Shown piece after piece: positions 32,324-43,367 of a stretch of DNA of 64,000 bases. This DNA is from Histomonas meleagridis 2922-C6/04-290x (taxonomy: Eukaryota > Protista > Parabasalia): NCBI GenBank assembly GCA_020184695.1, contig JAANOX010000042.1, positions 62,001-126,000 of the forward strand, written 5' to 3'. A program made the position numbers and the translations under genes. Positions within the stretch are counted from its first letter, which is position 1, and each line of letters opens with the position of its first letter. The notes below the pieces were generated by a model. It was given only the letters and a program-made list of their open reading frames with translations. It searched no databases and had not been told where the DNA came from.

Positions 32324-35300
32324 ATGCGCACGACTATGGCGAATATCTTGTCAACCAATGGCGACCTGACTTATTTGGTTGTAAGTCCGGCAAACGACAA
32401 ATTCACGTATGTTGTAACTTTTGATATTTTCGGAAATCCATTATATACTGGGGTACCTAACATTGACATTTTTCCAGATCATTCTACAGCTTTAAAGTGC
32501 TTCTTAGCAAAAGGTGCTAAAATAGATGTTCAAGGAGACGGAGTTATTGGAATGATGTATGTTGATAATTTTGTCGAAATTGCAATTGTCGATAAATCAG
32601 AACTCACAGGAATAATTCCAGGTGGCCACTATGTCAAAACTATTCGTCATGTAACATTTTACCAAATTCCAAAACAACATAATTACAAATCAGTTTTTGA
32701 AGATTTTCAACTCAACGATAATCATTACTTTTGTGATTCCTATGACATGACAAACCTATTTCCAGCAAATCAATCAGTTACACCAGATTCATCATTTATT
32801 TGGAATTCAAGTTGGAGACAAGCATTTCATATGCTTAGCATCCCACAATGCTGTATATATCTTATACAAGGTCTTGTGATGACATCAGAATTCAAAGAGT
32901 TCGGATTTTCAATTTCTTATGTCGTAAGACGATCAGTACTTAATCCTGGCACTAGATATGCTGGGCGTGGTCTAAATGGCATAAATGCTCCTGGCAATGA
33001 AGTTGAATGTGAACTTATTTTTGCAAAGAAAAACAGATTCTGGACAAAGTCATGGCGTCGTGGCTCTATTCCAATTCGTTGGAAGACCATTGTTTCATCC
33101 AAAGTATTTGCTAAGCATAAAGTCGAAACAAATTTCTTTGATGGAACTGCAGCATATTTCCGAAGTCTTCAAAAGCACTATGACAATCAAAACAAGAGTA
33201 TTCCAATTCATTGTATTTCTCTTCTTGAAACATCCAAAGATCATTCCGAGAGTGAAATATATGAATTTTTCTATAAATCATTTGATCAACTTCGTGAAGT
33301 TGGTGTCAAAAACGTCGACCTTGTAAACTATGATCTCAACGAGCGACTTCAACTATATGAATTTGAAGAAGTTTTCAAAGATTTTATCTTCACCATTGAC
33401 ACTTTTGTGCAAAGCGACGGTTTTTCAAGTGGAATCATTCCGAACATTGTTGACTATCGGCAAAAAGGAATTATGCGCTTTAATTGTGCCGATTCACTTG
33501 ATCGTACGAACATTGCCACCTTTTTCTTTGCAATTCTTGTTACATCGAATTGGTGTAAGCAACTTCATGTTGGGCTTTCGCCAACACCATCTAATTTACC
33601 TAATCGTCCTGACTTGGATATTCATCCGGACATATTAAATTTCTTAGTTTCAGCATTTTTAGAATCGGGCAATGTAATTTCAATGCTTTACACCAACACA
33701 CCAGCGATCAAAACGAACATTTTTAGGTTTTTTCAACCATCTGTTAATAGTGCGAGTGATTCAAGTATTAGTGTTCGAAGGCGTGTTGAAAATATTGTAT
33801 ATGATCCACAACGTATGAAAGTTATATATTTATGGTTAAAGCAACCACAATTTACATGGTATCATCAAATTGATTCTAATCATTTATTTGTATTACAACC
33901 GAATAATGCAATAGAATGTATATTTGAAACAACACAAGAACGAATGTATGAATTTCCATCTATTTTTTCGGAGTTTACTGTCTGTTTTTTATGTCCATTT
34001 TATATTACGTCAATATTAACATATTTAACATCGACTAATCCAAATAAAATTGCAACACAAATTATATTAGAAGGAGGTAAAACACTTGATTCAATGCATT
34101 ATCTAACAACTATAACTCTCCCTGAAGTCGAAGAAACAACATGGCTAAGGTTTAATATTATTAATAATAATGAGTTAAGTCTTCCTGAGCGTTATAATGA
34201 TTATATTCGTTATTTAAGATTTAAAGTTGATGTACCATTTTCTTCATTTACAATTGGGACTATAAAATTTGAAGCGATTTCATTTTTCTCATGTCAACAA
34301 TTTAAATATATTAAAAATCGCGAATGTAATTCAGAAGATGCACCATCCGTTGATAGTATGATCAAGAAGATTGATTCTAAAACGCAAAAATCAATGATGC
34401 AAATATTAGAGAATGAAATATATAAAGTAAATTATCAAATTAATGTTGAAGAATATAATGTTAGTGCAGTAAAACATTGTTTTAACCCTTGGCTAATCGA
34501 TGCAGAATCACAATTAATGATTCATTCGCCACAAAAATGTTTGTTATGTCAAAAACAATTTAATGGAAAAGTTAAAATTTCGGCGCAATATAAACCATCT
34601 AAAATTTATCCAGGTTTAATTAAGGAATGTGATAAAGATGGGACATTTTTCACATGTAAGAAATGTTATGAATTCTCAAATCATATTTCATTAATGACAA
34701 ATACTTTCGAACATGAAAATAAAGTAATGATGACATTACCTTTAAGTTTCGCTATAACTCCATCATTACAACAAAATTTACCGAAGCTAAAAGCAATTGG
34801 TACACATGGTTCTTTTGTGCCTGCGAACTCAAATAGTAATATATTACATCCTTCAAGTGAAGAAGTTACTATCGAAAAAGATGAAACTAAAGAATTTTTA
34901 TATTACGTCGTTAATTCGGCTAGAGTCTGTCAAATTAAAGTTAAATCAAATTCATCAAATTTCGATTTATTAATTGATGACAAAATCATTGAAATGTCAT
35001 TGTTTTTGCCTCCGAATATAAATATATTTAATTTCGAAGAATTACCAAAAAATAATACACTTCAGTTCAAAATTCATGCAAAAGAATTAATTAAAGTGGA
35101 TGAAATCGAAACCGTTTATCGATATTTCCCTAGAGAAATAATGGCACCCACTTTTGCTAATGATTATATTTTTGAAGCTATTAAATTAATGCCTATATTG
35201 GGTACATATAAAGCGGAACTTAGAACACATAAATTCCCATTAAAAGATAAAAAGAAAATTACAAAAGTGATGATCGAAACGGTCGTCGACAGGGATACCC

Positions 35301-35506
35301 CAACGCCTTGTTCAATTTATTTGGCAATTTATAATGATAAAGAACTTGTGTTTCATCAACATTTAATATTACCAGAACCACAAGCAGGAAGAAGACTTTG
35401 GTATTCAGTAGGAAATCATGGAGTTGAAGGTAACCTTATTAATTTTTATTACTTGGATAAGAAGATGAATATTAAGCCACAAATAATTAGAATTGCATGT
35501 GTATAA
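32324..35506 (+). CDS. SAC-domain phosphoinositide phosphatase, SAC9-like
   Basis: FIWNSSW, RRSVLNPGTRY, RRGSIPIRW and the catalytic CX5R motif RFNCADSLDRTN, plus a long C-terminal extension with CxxC pairs. Confidence 0.85.
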   Translation: MRTTMANILSTNGDLTYLVVSPANDKFTYVVTFDIFGNPLYTGVPNIDIFPDHSTALKCFLAKGAKIDVQGDGVIGMMYVDNFVEIAIVDKSELTGIIPGGHYVKTIRHVTFYQIPKQHNYKSVFEDFQLNDNHYFCDSYDMTNLFPANQSVTPDSSFIWNSSWRQAFHMLSIPQCCIYLIQGLVMTSEFKEFGFSISYVVRRSVLNPGTRYAGRGLNGINAPGNEVECELIFAKKNRFWTKSWRRGSIPIRWKTIVSSKVFAKHKVETNFFDGTAAYFRSLQKHYDNQNKSIPIHCISLLETSKDHSESEIYEFFYKSFDQLREVGVKNVDLVNYDLNERLQLYEFEEVFKDFIFTIDTFVQSDGFSSGIIPNIVDYRQKGIMRFNCADSLDRTNIATFFFAILVTSNWCKQLHVGLSPTPSNLPNRPDLDIHPDILNFLVSAFLESGNVISMLYTNTPAIKTNIFRFFQPSVNSASDSSISVRRRVENIVYDPQRMKVIYLWLKQPQFTWYHQIDSNHLFVLQPNNAIECIFETTQERMYEFPSIFSEFTVCFLCPFYITSILTYLTSTNPNKIATQIILEGGKTLDSMHYLTTITLPEVEETTWLRFNIINNNELSLPERYNDYIRYLRFKVDVPFSSFTIGTIKFEAISFFSCQQFKYIKNRECNSEDAPSVDSMIKKIDSKTQKSMMQILENEIYKVNYQINVEEYNVSAVKHCFNPWLIDAESQLMIHSPQKCLLCQKQFNGKVKISAQYKPSKIYPGLIKECDKDGTFFTCKKCYEFSNHISLMTNTFEHENKVMMTLPLSFAITPSLQQNLPKLKAIGTHGSFVPANSNSNILHPSSEEVTIEKDETKEFLYYVVNSARVCQIKVKSNSSNFDLLIDDKIIEMSLFLPPNINIFNFEELPKNNTLQFKIHAKELIKVDEIETVYRYFPREIMAPTFANDYIFEAIKLMPILGTYKAELRTHKFPLKDKKKITKVMIETVVDRDTPTPCSIYLAIYNDKELVFHQHLILPEPQAGRRLWYSVGNHGVEGNLINFYYLDKKMNIKPQIIRIACV

Positions 35507-36145
35507 TAATAAAAATCGGATTTTTAATCGAAAATTTTTTTCAAACAAAATGAAAATGATGTGAGACCGTTAAAATAAAACGTAAGATAAAACCGTTTGA
35601 CTTAAATTTATATTTTTTTATCTTCTGTTCTTGACTTTTATCTTTATTGAAAATAATATATTTAGATATAGAGGATATTGTTTATGCGATCAATACTTTA
35701 ATGTGAAACCTTTTGGATCACGATCATATTTACGATCGAGTTTTGATTTCTGATAAGGTAACCGTTATTTTCATTAGATTATAAATTTTCATTAAAAATT
35801 GTGAGAATTTTAGTCCCAAGTCTTTTCAAAATTGTGCATACAAATATTTGTTATTATCCTTTTAACTTAAAAATTTTCCAAAAACTTATATATGCCATAT
35901 CATTCACTTTGCTGTCTATAAAAATATGTTTTATTATATTTCTCCAATTTAGTTCCAATAAAGTCATGAGGAGGTTCCGGAATTATTCAATTTGAGAACA
36001 TTTTTTTTTGAATGCATCAGACGGTTTTACTGAATTTGAATTTTATAGGGTTTATGGTTTACCACAAAAAGTGGATTTGTACGAAATTAAATTTAATTAT
36101 TTGTTTGGAGCACCCCGATATTTGAATTAATTACCATAATTATCG

Positions 36146-38836
36146 ATGTACGTTGCGGAGATCTCTGAGTTCGACATGCTATGCGAATTATTTTACCAAT
36201 CAGGGGAGGAAGCTGATATGGCAAGAGAAAGAATCGCACAAATAGCTCAAGAACCGTTATCATTATTTATATTCCACAACTTCTTAGGAAACACTCAAAA
36301 CGAAAAGACAAGATTCATTGTTTTGAATGTAATTGCTCAAAACATTCCAACACAATGGGAAACTTTAAGAGACATCCAAAAAGAAGCATTTAGAAAGTAT
36401 TACTTCGACTTACTTGTTGAATGGCCTAAAACAGACATTAGCCCAACAATCCTTAGGCAACTAGATGTTGTAATAGTTCAAATTCTCTTTATGGAGTGGC
36501 CACATAATTGGCCAACTTTCATGAATGATTTAATTTTAAGTGTTGGATCACATGAAAATTCCATTCTTAACACAACATATTTTTTTGCGCTATTTTCCAA
36601 ACAACTCCGAAACGCCCAACTTCTATCAGATCGAAAACAAGAATTAATTCAATCATTACATAAGAATTTCGAAACCATTTATAACTTCCTCAGCATTATT
36701 TTTGTACGATCACAAAGCGATATGTTACGAGCTGAAGCTTTACAAACATTAGGTGAATATCTTGAATGGGTAGATTTACGACTTATAGGTGTTGAAAAGA
36801 TCTGCGACATGTTTTGTGACATCTTAGTTACACATAACAACTTTAGTTTACCAGCTTTAAAATGTTTAAACGCGATTGTATCACGTGAAAACGCAGGCGC
36901 CGATAAGCTTAAAACGTACATTTTTAATAAGTTTATTAAGACGGTTTCTCTCAATTTTGAATTATTGTCAGATCCTGAGTTAGTCCCATTATTTATCCGT
37001 ATAGTTTCCAAGTTCATCTGTATGGATCGCTGTTCATTATTACCTAATGATTTATTAATTGAGTTAATGCTTGAATATACGAAGAATGTCACTGATGAAT
37101 TATTTGTTATAGCTATTGATACATGGCATTATGTTACACAAGTCTTTATGTTAGAGACGTCATATTTACCATTTTCGCCACAACTTTTCTTACCATTACA
37201 ATACACATTATGTTCACGCATGATACCTCCGCCAGAGTTTAATGGGGACAAACAATTGTTCGAGAAGATGTCTGAGACATTATTGTTATTATTTAAAGTG
37301 AATCATGATAACATATTACAATTACTCCTTGAGAAGATACGTAATCCACAAAGTATCGAAGAACTTTTACCATTTATATATTCCATTGGCTCAATCTCTG
37401 GCATTTGTACTATTGAAGAAGAGAACCAATTTCTCACAGAGATATTAAACATATTACTTAAGAATAGTAATGGTAATGAAGTTCTTACATTAAGTACATT
37501 ATATTTAATATCACATTACCAACGATATTTATATAATCAAAAAGATTTGTTATTATTTTCATTGCAACAATTTTATCAATATTTCTTAAATGGTTCTGAT
37601 GAAGCTCAAACTATAGCATTAAAAGTGTTTTATACATTAACGAAAAGTTGCGGAAAAATTATAGTCGATAATGGATTTGCGCAACCATTTTTCGAAAATA
37701 TATCAGCAATATTAAGTCATATTTCACCTTATAATCATATATTGTATTATGTTAATATGATAAATATTGTGAAAACATGTAATAACCCACAAATCAAACA
37801 ACAAATGATTATTATATTATTGAACTTCGCTTCTTCATATGAAATATTAACTGAGTTAATGCAAATTGTACCACAAACTGAACAATTACAAGTGGAAAAA
37901 ATCATCTCAAATATTATGATACATTTCCCTGAATGTAAAGATCAAATTCAATTCCATGCTATTTATGAATTATTTAAAGCTTTTTTAAAGGTGTTTCCAA
38001 ACACAAATTTATTGGATCAATTAATTCAAATGTTTTTCAATGAATTCGAAGTAACTCATTCATTTGAATCGTTTGACTGCTTTACAATACTGATTGAGAA
38101 CGGAAACGTCGGTTTGATACCGATAGTATTCAATCGGTTGATACGGCCGACTTTTTCAGAGATATCGTCATCGTTCTCGGAGCACCCCGAACATCGTCTT
38201 TCATTTTATTCATTAATTAAGGCGATCTTTAAACATTTTAATATATTGGACAAAGATATCTTCACGGAGTTATTCAATTATACATTCTTCGGATTACAAC
38301 ATCCACAAAATAATATTTCTGAATTATCATTAAATTGTATTTCATCGATTATTGAAATTGTTGATAAGAGCGATGAAATCATTGAAGACTTTTATCAATC
38401 ACTTTATGTCGAAATTATTTCATGTTTATTCACAACAATTTTTGATGGAATGCATTCGTTTTTGTTTTTACAAATCACACCAATAATTTCATATTTGATA
38501 CAATTAGTCATTATCCAACGAATCCAATTCATTCATGTTGAAGATTTAGAACAAATTATCTTCCAAAAAATGAACGATCTATTTCCTAATCGTGAGAAAG
38601 GATTAATATTTACATTTGTTAAATCATTAATTAATAATTCACAAAACATTACAATATTTAGACAAATATTTAATAACTTTTTGGTCACAATAAAACAAGT
38701 GACTGCTGATCAAATCGATGCTGAAATGGCAATAAGTTTCGGACTGGAAAAGAATGGTTTGGACCTAATAAATGAACCAGCAGAAGAATACTCTTCAATG
38801 ATTTTGGAGAGTGAGGCTGAACTCGAAGAGATTTGA
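36146..38836 (+). CDS. Exportin-1/CRM1-like karyopherin
   Basis: IVQILFMEWPHNWPTFMNDLI, ALQTLGEYLEWVDL, FYQYF...QTIALKVF and HPEHRLSFYSLIKAI are CRM1-like blocks. Confidence 0.8.
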   Translation: MYVAEISEFDMLCELFYQSGEEADMARERIAQIAQEPLSLFIFHNFLGNTQNEKTRFIVLNVIAQNIPTQWETLRDIQKEAFRKYYFDLLVEWPKTDISPTILRQLDVVIVQILFMEWPHNWPTFMNDLILSVGSHENSILNTTYFFALFSKQLRNAQLLSDRKQELIQSLHKNFETIYNFLSIIFVRSQSDMLRAEALQTLGEYLEWVDLRLIGVEKICDMFCDILVTHNNFSLPALKCLNAIVSRENAGADKLKTYIFNKFIKTVSLNFELLSDPELVPLFIRIVSKFICMDRCSLLPNDLLIELMLEYTKNVTDELFVIAIDTWHYVTQVFMLETSYLPFSPQLFLPLQYTLCSRMIPPPEFNGDKQLFEKMSETLLLLFKVNHDNILQLLLEKIRNPQSIEELLPFIYSIGSISGICTIEEENQFLTEILNILLKNSNGNEVLTLSTLYLISHYQRYLYNQKDLLLFSLQQFYQYFLNGSDEAQTIALKVFYTLTKSCGKIIVDNGFAQPFFENISAILSHISPYNHILYYVNMINIVKTCNNPQIKQQMIIILLNFASSYEILTELMQIVPQTEQLQVEKIISNIMIHFPECKDQIQFHAIYELFKAFLKVFPNTNLLDQLIQMFFNEFEVTHSFESFDCFTILIENGNVGLIPIVFNRLIRPTFSEISSSFSEHPEHRLSFYSLIKAIFKHFNILDKDIFTELFNYTFFGLQHPQNNISELSLNCISSIIEIVDKSDEIIEDFYQSLYVEIISCLFTTIFDGMHSFLFLQITPIISYLIQLVIIQRIQFIHVEDLEQIIFQKMNDLFPNREKGLIFTFVKSLINNSQNITIFRQIFNNFLVTIKQVTADQIDAEMAISFGLEKNGLDLINEPAEEYSSMILESEAELEEI

Positions 38837-39315
38837 ATCTCTGAGATTGTTTATAAAAATTCGGATTTTTGTTTGTTTGCTTCAGCAAATACATTTTCGA
38901 TGTTTTGTTGAAGTAAATTTTTTTTTCGTTTTCTTTTGTTGGAACATTTGAATGTATTTGTGAAATTATTCATTGAAATGATAAGTAAAGAAAATAAAAC
39001 ATAAAAAAATGATTTTAATGTGTCGTAGCCAAAACGTGTAAACAGTTTTACTGATGTTATATTATTAGTATTAAGTAAAGGCATTTCATTCAATAAAATG
39101 TTTGGAGAAAATGAACTGCACTTTTTGATCGGTTTTAAAAGAATTATTACGTACAAAAAGTGGAACCGATGTCTTTTTTTTTTCAATCAGTTTGTGGGGT
39201 TTATGACCGTTTAAAAGTGATGCAAACAATTAAATGAATGATAGGAATGAGAGTTCGTTAATTCAGAAGTACAAGTGGAAACAAAGAAATTCAATATTTA
39301 CAAACAATCCAAAAA

Positions 39316-40440
39316 ATGACTTGGAATATAGTTAATGAAAATATTATGGATTCGGTTGAATCAATAAAAAAATTATATGATCTTAATTTTCCATATTCTT
39401 TCAACTTGTTAATATCTCAGTTGATATTCTCATCTTTTCTTTCTCAGAAAAAAGACTTTGATATATATATTTTCAATTTCTTAAAATGTTTTCATTGAAT
39501 AATGATAAAATAATTAATATTTTAGAAATATTTCTTTGGAATTTGAAATGTCAAGAATCAAATTACCTTCTTTTTAAGATGGCTGAACAAAATTTAATAA
39601 GTTCTAAAGCTTTAGTAAGTATCAAATCATTATATTTTTTCCCCTTTTTTATAATTCAAATGTTGATAACATTTCTTTCGATGATATTAAAAATATGGTT
39701 AATGATGATTTTTTAAATCAAATTCTTGATGATCTTGAAAATCTTTCATATAACTATTGGGAACTTCATAAGTAATATGTTAAAGAAGGACATAATCCGA
39801 ATGAAATTGCGAAAATAATTCGAAATGATGAAATCGAAAAACTTCAAGAAATATCATCACAAACAAATTTTGATTTTAATCAAACAATTGAACCATCACT
39901 TTATGAAAGATGTTCATTTATTAATAAAGAAGATGTTACATTAATTGATTATGCACCATTTTTTGGATCAGTTAAATGTTTTAAATATTTACTTATGAAT
40001 AATGCAGATGTAAGTAATACAGGTAAATATGAAATTGCAGATGGAAATGAAGAACTCATTCATTTATGTGAACAAAATCATTCATCATTTGAAGGTGCAT
40101 ATGAAACAGCAATTGAATTCCAACGAAATGATATCTTTAAATATCTTTATGAAAAAAAAATTGAAGATAAAAACAATTTGGAAGAATTAGGGAGCAAATG
40201 TATTAAAGCAAATACTTATGATATTCTTTCTTTTTTAGAAGAAATTGGAATGAAAGTCAATGATTTGATTATTAATGTAACAGTAGAAAGCGGAAACTTA
40301 TTTCTTTTTAAGCATGTTGATATAGTAAACAAAATACAAAAAGAATTTTAATCTATGCAGCAATATCAGGCAATTTTGAAATAGCTAAAATACTTCTTCA
40401 AAAAGGTATTAATATCAATATTAAAGATGTATAAACATTT
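39316..40440 (+). pseudogene. Degenerate DUF3447-like/ankyrin family copy
   Basis: Fragments in several frames match 14358-15578 (IRNDEIEKLQEISSQTNFDFNQTIEPSLYE, DYAPFFGSVKCF). There are multiple frameshifts and stops, and it ends after one ankyrin at KD-GTA-TAA. Confidence 0.75.
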
Positions 40441-41488
40441 CTTCTAAAGTATCCTTAAGTAATTTTCATGTTTTAATACTTGAAATAATTTAATTTATAT
40501 ATTTAATCCTCCATTTATGATTTATTTCTAATTTTTATTTAATATAATTTCGCAAATTACTTATAAATATAAGTATAGTACCACTTTTCCTATATATTTC
40601 TCAATATGAATGCAAAATTATAATTTCATATAAAATTGTATATATAAATATGATCATATTTACAAAAAGATATCTACATAAAAGACCAAGCACTATAAAG
40701 ACCTTATTATAAACTATTATATTTAATTTGTAAGAATAATGGTTTATTAAAATATAATGGGAATGATTTAAATCATTAAGGTTATTTTTTCATTGTAATT
40801 CAATAGTTTACTTCAATTTTATGTTCAAAATGATCAACAATTTGTATTTGATTCGAATAATTCAGTTCCAGAAAATAAAAAGAAAAATTGAAACATATTT
40901 TTTGAAAAATTAATGAAGATATTAACTAAACGAGACGCGAACAACAATTAATTAAAAAAGATTACCTTACAAATGAATAAACAAGATGTGCTAAATGAAT
41001 AAATGCTAAATGAGATGCAAAGTATTATTCAATGCGATAAAAATGAATGAGGAAGATGGATTAAATAATTATCAGATAAATATATCAAATTTCCGCTAGT
41101 TGTTATATAAATTATCAAAATAACTACATAAAAATCAAAATTTTTGAAGAAGATCTTCTTCTTGACTTTGTTCTTCACCGCTATTTCAATGTGGACGTCA
41201 TTCAAAAAGTTAATTTATGACCAATTAAAAACAGATATTTCAATACTATACGATGAAATCTCAAACAATTCCATATCCAAAGCGATAATTGTTTATTTGG
41301 ATTTACAAACTGAAATATCTTATTATATAATCCAATTTCATAATACACAAATCGAAGATATATATAATATGATCTATTTTTGCCATATATCACTAATTTT
41401 ATATAAAACAATATATGAAAATTACAAGATATTTCTTGTCGAAATTTCTGACAACCGTCCAAATATAACCGTAAACCAAAATCTTCTA

Positions 41489-43141
41489 ATGAAAGTTGCT
41501 TTTGGTTCTTACAATAATATACCTGTCCAAAGAAATAATGTTGCTAATAATTATACTGGCACAGATTCTGTTGCACCTTGTAAAGATGCATTAAATCAAA
41601 GTCAAACATATCCGTTAGTTAATCTTCATGTTGCTGCTAAAAATCTAAAAGACATGGATATTATCACAGTTTCAGATCCAGTTTGTGCCCTTTATACTTT
41701 TCGAAATGGAAAGTGGGAAGAATTTTCTCGAACAGAAGTTATTTGGAACAATCTTAATCCTGAGTGGGTTACCTTCTTTACTGTTATGTATGTCTTTGAA
41801 ATTCGTCAACAACTTTTATTCCGAGTTTATGATGTTGATTCAGAAAATGCAGATCTTTCAAAACAAGACTTTATTGGTGAAGCCGCTGTTGAACTATCAC
41901 AGATCATTGCTGCGGAGTCCACCACTGAGCTTACATTAAAGATTCCAAAATCAAATGAAGTTCGTGGAACTTTATATATAACTCCAGAACAAGTCGAAAA
42001 TTCCGGCTCCATAGTCAACGGACAAATCATAGGACGAGATCTTAAGAAACAAAGCTTTTTATTCCGAAATACTCCATTTTTTGTTATTGCCAAATCATCA
42101 GAGCAAGGCCGATTTCTCCCCATATTTCAATCGGAGGTCTCCAAGTCCATGAATTGGAAGCCATTTACCATTCCGTATCAAGTCTTATGTAATGTTGATC
42201 CAGATCGCCCATTACGAATTTCCTTTTATAACTACAAATCTCATAGTGCCGCAGTTTTAATTGGTTATCATGACACCACCTTTACACAACTTTCCGAGCG
42301 CACCGGACAAACGCTTCAAGTCATTGACAACAAGCGCAAAATCGTTGGTAATTTCATTGTCCGTCAAATTAATCTCCAACAGAAGTTCAATTTCTATGAC
42401 TATTTACATGGCGGCATCCAACTTAACCTTATCACTGCCATTGATTTCACTGCCTCCAATCGCGATCCACGCGATCCACGGTCATTACATTACTTGTCAC
42501 CAAACGGAGATAGCATTAGTCAATATGAGAAATGCATTCGTGGCGTTGGCGAAGTATTATGTCCATATGACACTGATCAATTATTCCCTGTCTTAGGATT
42601 CGGTGCTAAAGTTGGCGGACGTATTAACCATTGCTTCCCATTGACATTTAATGACCAAGCTCCATGCGTCAGAGGCTTAGATGGCATCATCGACGTATAC
42701 CGTAATGCGCTCACACAAGTACAGTTAAGTGGGCCGACGTTGTTTGCGCCCGTGATTAGATACGCAAGCCAATTATCGATACAGTCGTTCCAACAAGACA
42801 GAACATACACTATACTGACGATAATCACAGACGGTATCATTAATGATATGGAAGATACTATCGATGCAATCGTAGACGCGGGAAGAATCCCTTTGTCGAT
42901 AATCATTGTCGGTGTGGGTAACGCAGACTTCACAGCTATGGACGTGCTGGACGCTGATGATACGCCGCTTGTGTCGAGAGGAGGATTCAAGATGGAGAGG
43001 GACTTGGTGCAGTTCGTGCCGTTCAACAAGTTCGCACACTTGCACTACTCAATACTCGCAGCGGAGGTGCTGGAGGAGGTACCACGGCAACTGTGCGAAT
43101 GGGCAGAAATGAATCATGTCAGACCGAACAACGCTCAATAA
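41489..43141 (+). CDS. Copine (C2-C2-vWA)
   Basis: LKDMDIITVSDP, RTEVIWNNLNPEW, AIDFTASNRDP...SLHY, LSGPTLFAPVI, ITDGIINDM, LSIIIVGVGNADF and RDLVQFVPF. The likely ATG is 41489; the ORF track extends to 41144. Confidence 0.95.
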   Translation: MKVAFGSYNNIPVQRNNVANNYTGTDSVAPCKDALNQSQTYPLVNLHVAAKNLKDMDIITVSDPVCALYTFRNGKWEEFSRTEVIWNNLNPEWVTFFTVMYVFEIRQQLLFRVYDVDSENADLSKQDFIGEAAVELSQIIAAESTTELTLKIPKSNEVRGTLYITPEQVENSGSIVNGQIIGRDLKKQSFLFRNTPFFVIAKSSEQGRFLPIFQSEVSKSMNWKPFTIPYQVLCNVDPDRPLRISFYNYKSHSAAVLIGYHDTTFTQLSERTGQTLQVIDNKRKIVGNFIVRQINLQQKFNFYDYLHGGIQLNLITAIDFTASNRDPRDPRSLHYLSPNGDSISQYEKCIRGVGEVLCPYDTDQLFPVLGFGAKVGGRINHCFPLTFNDQAPCVRGLDGIIDVYRNALTQVQLSGPTLFAPVIRYASQLSIQSFQQDRTYTILTIITDGIINDMEDTIDAIVDAGRIPLSIIIVGVGNADFTAMDVLDADDTPLVSRGGFKMERDLVQFVPFNKFAHLHYSILAAEVLEEVPRQLCEWAEMNHVRPNNAQ

Positions 43142-43367
43142 ATAAAATCATTTTGTGGTAACAATGTGAATTAATATGATGAAATTGCTGAATCTGTTGT
43201 AAGAATTTCAGCATTTTCGGAAATTGAATGTTAGAGATGCTGAGAACAGTTCTTTGTGCGTATGGCGTTGACAGTCATCGCGATGGATTTTGGCTCGTGC
43301 GCTTGCTGAACGAGGGAGAAGTCGAATTGTTTTGGATCATAAAAATTTATGGGGTGCCCCGATAAGA

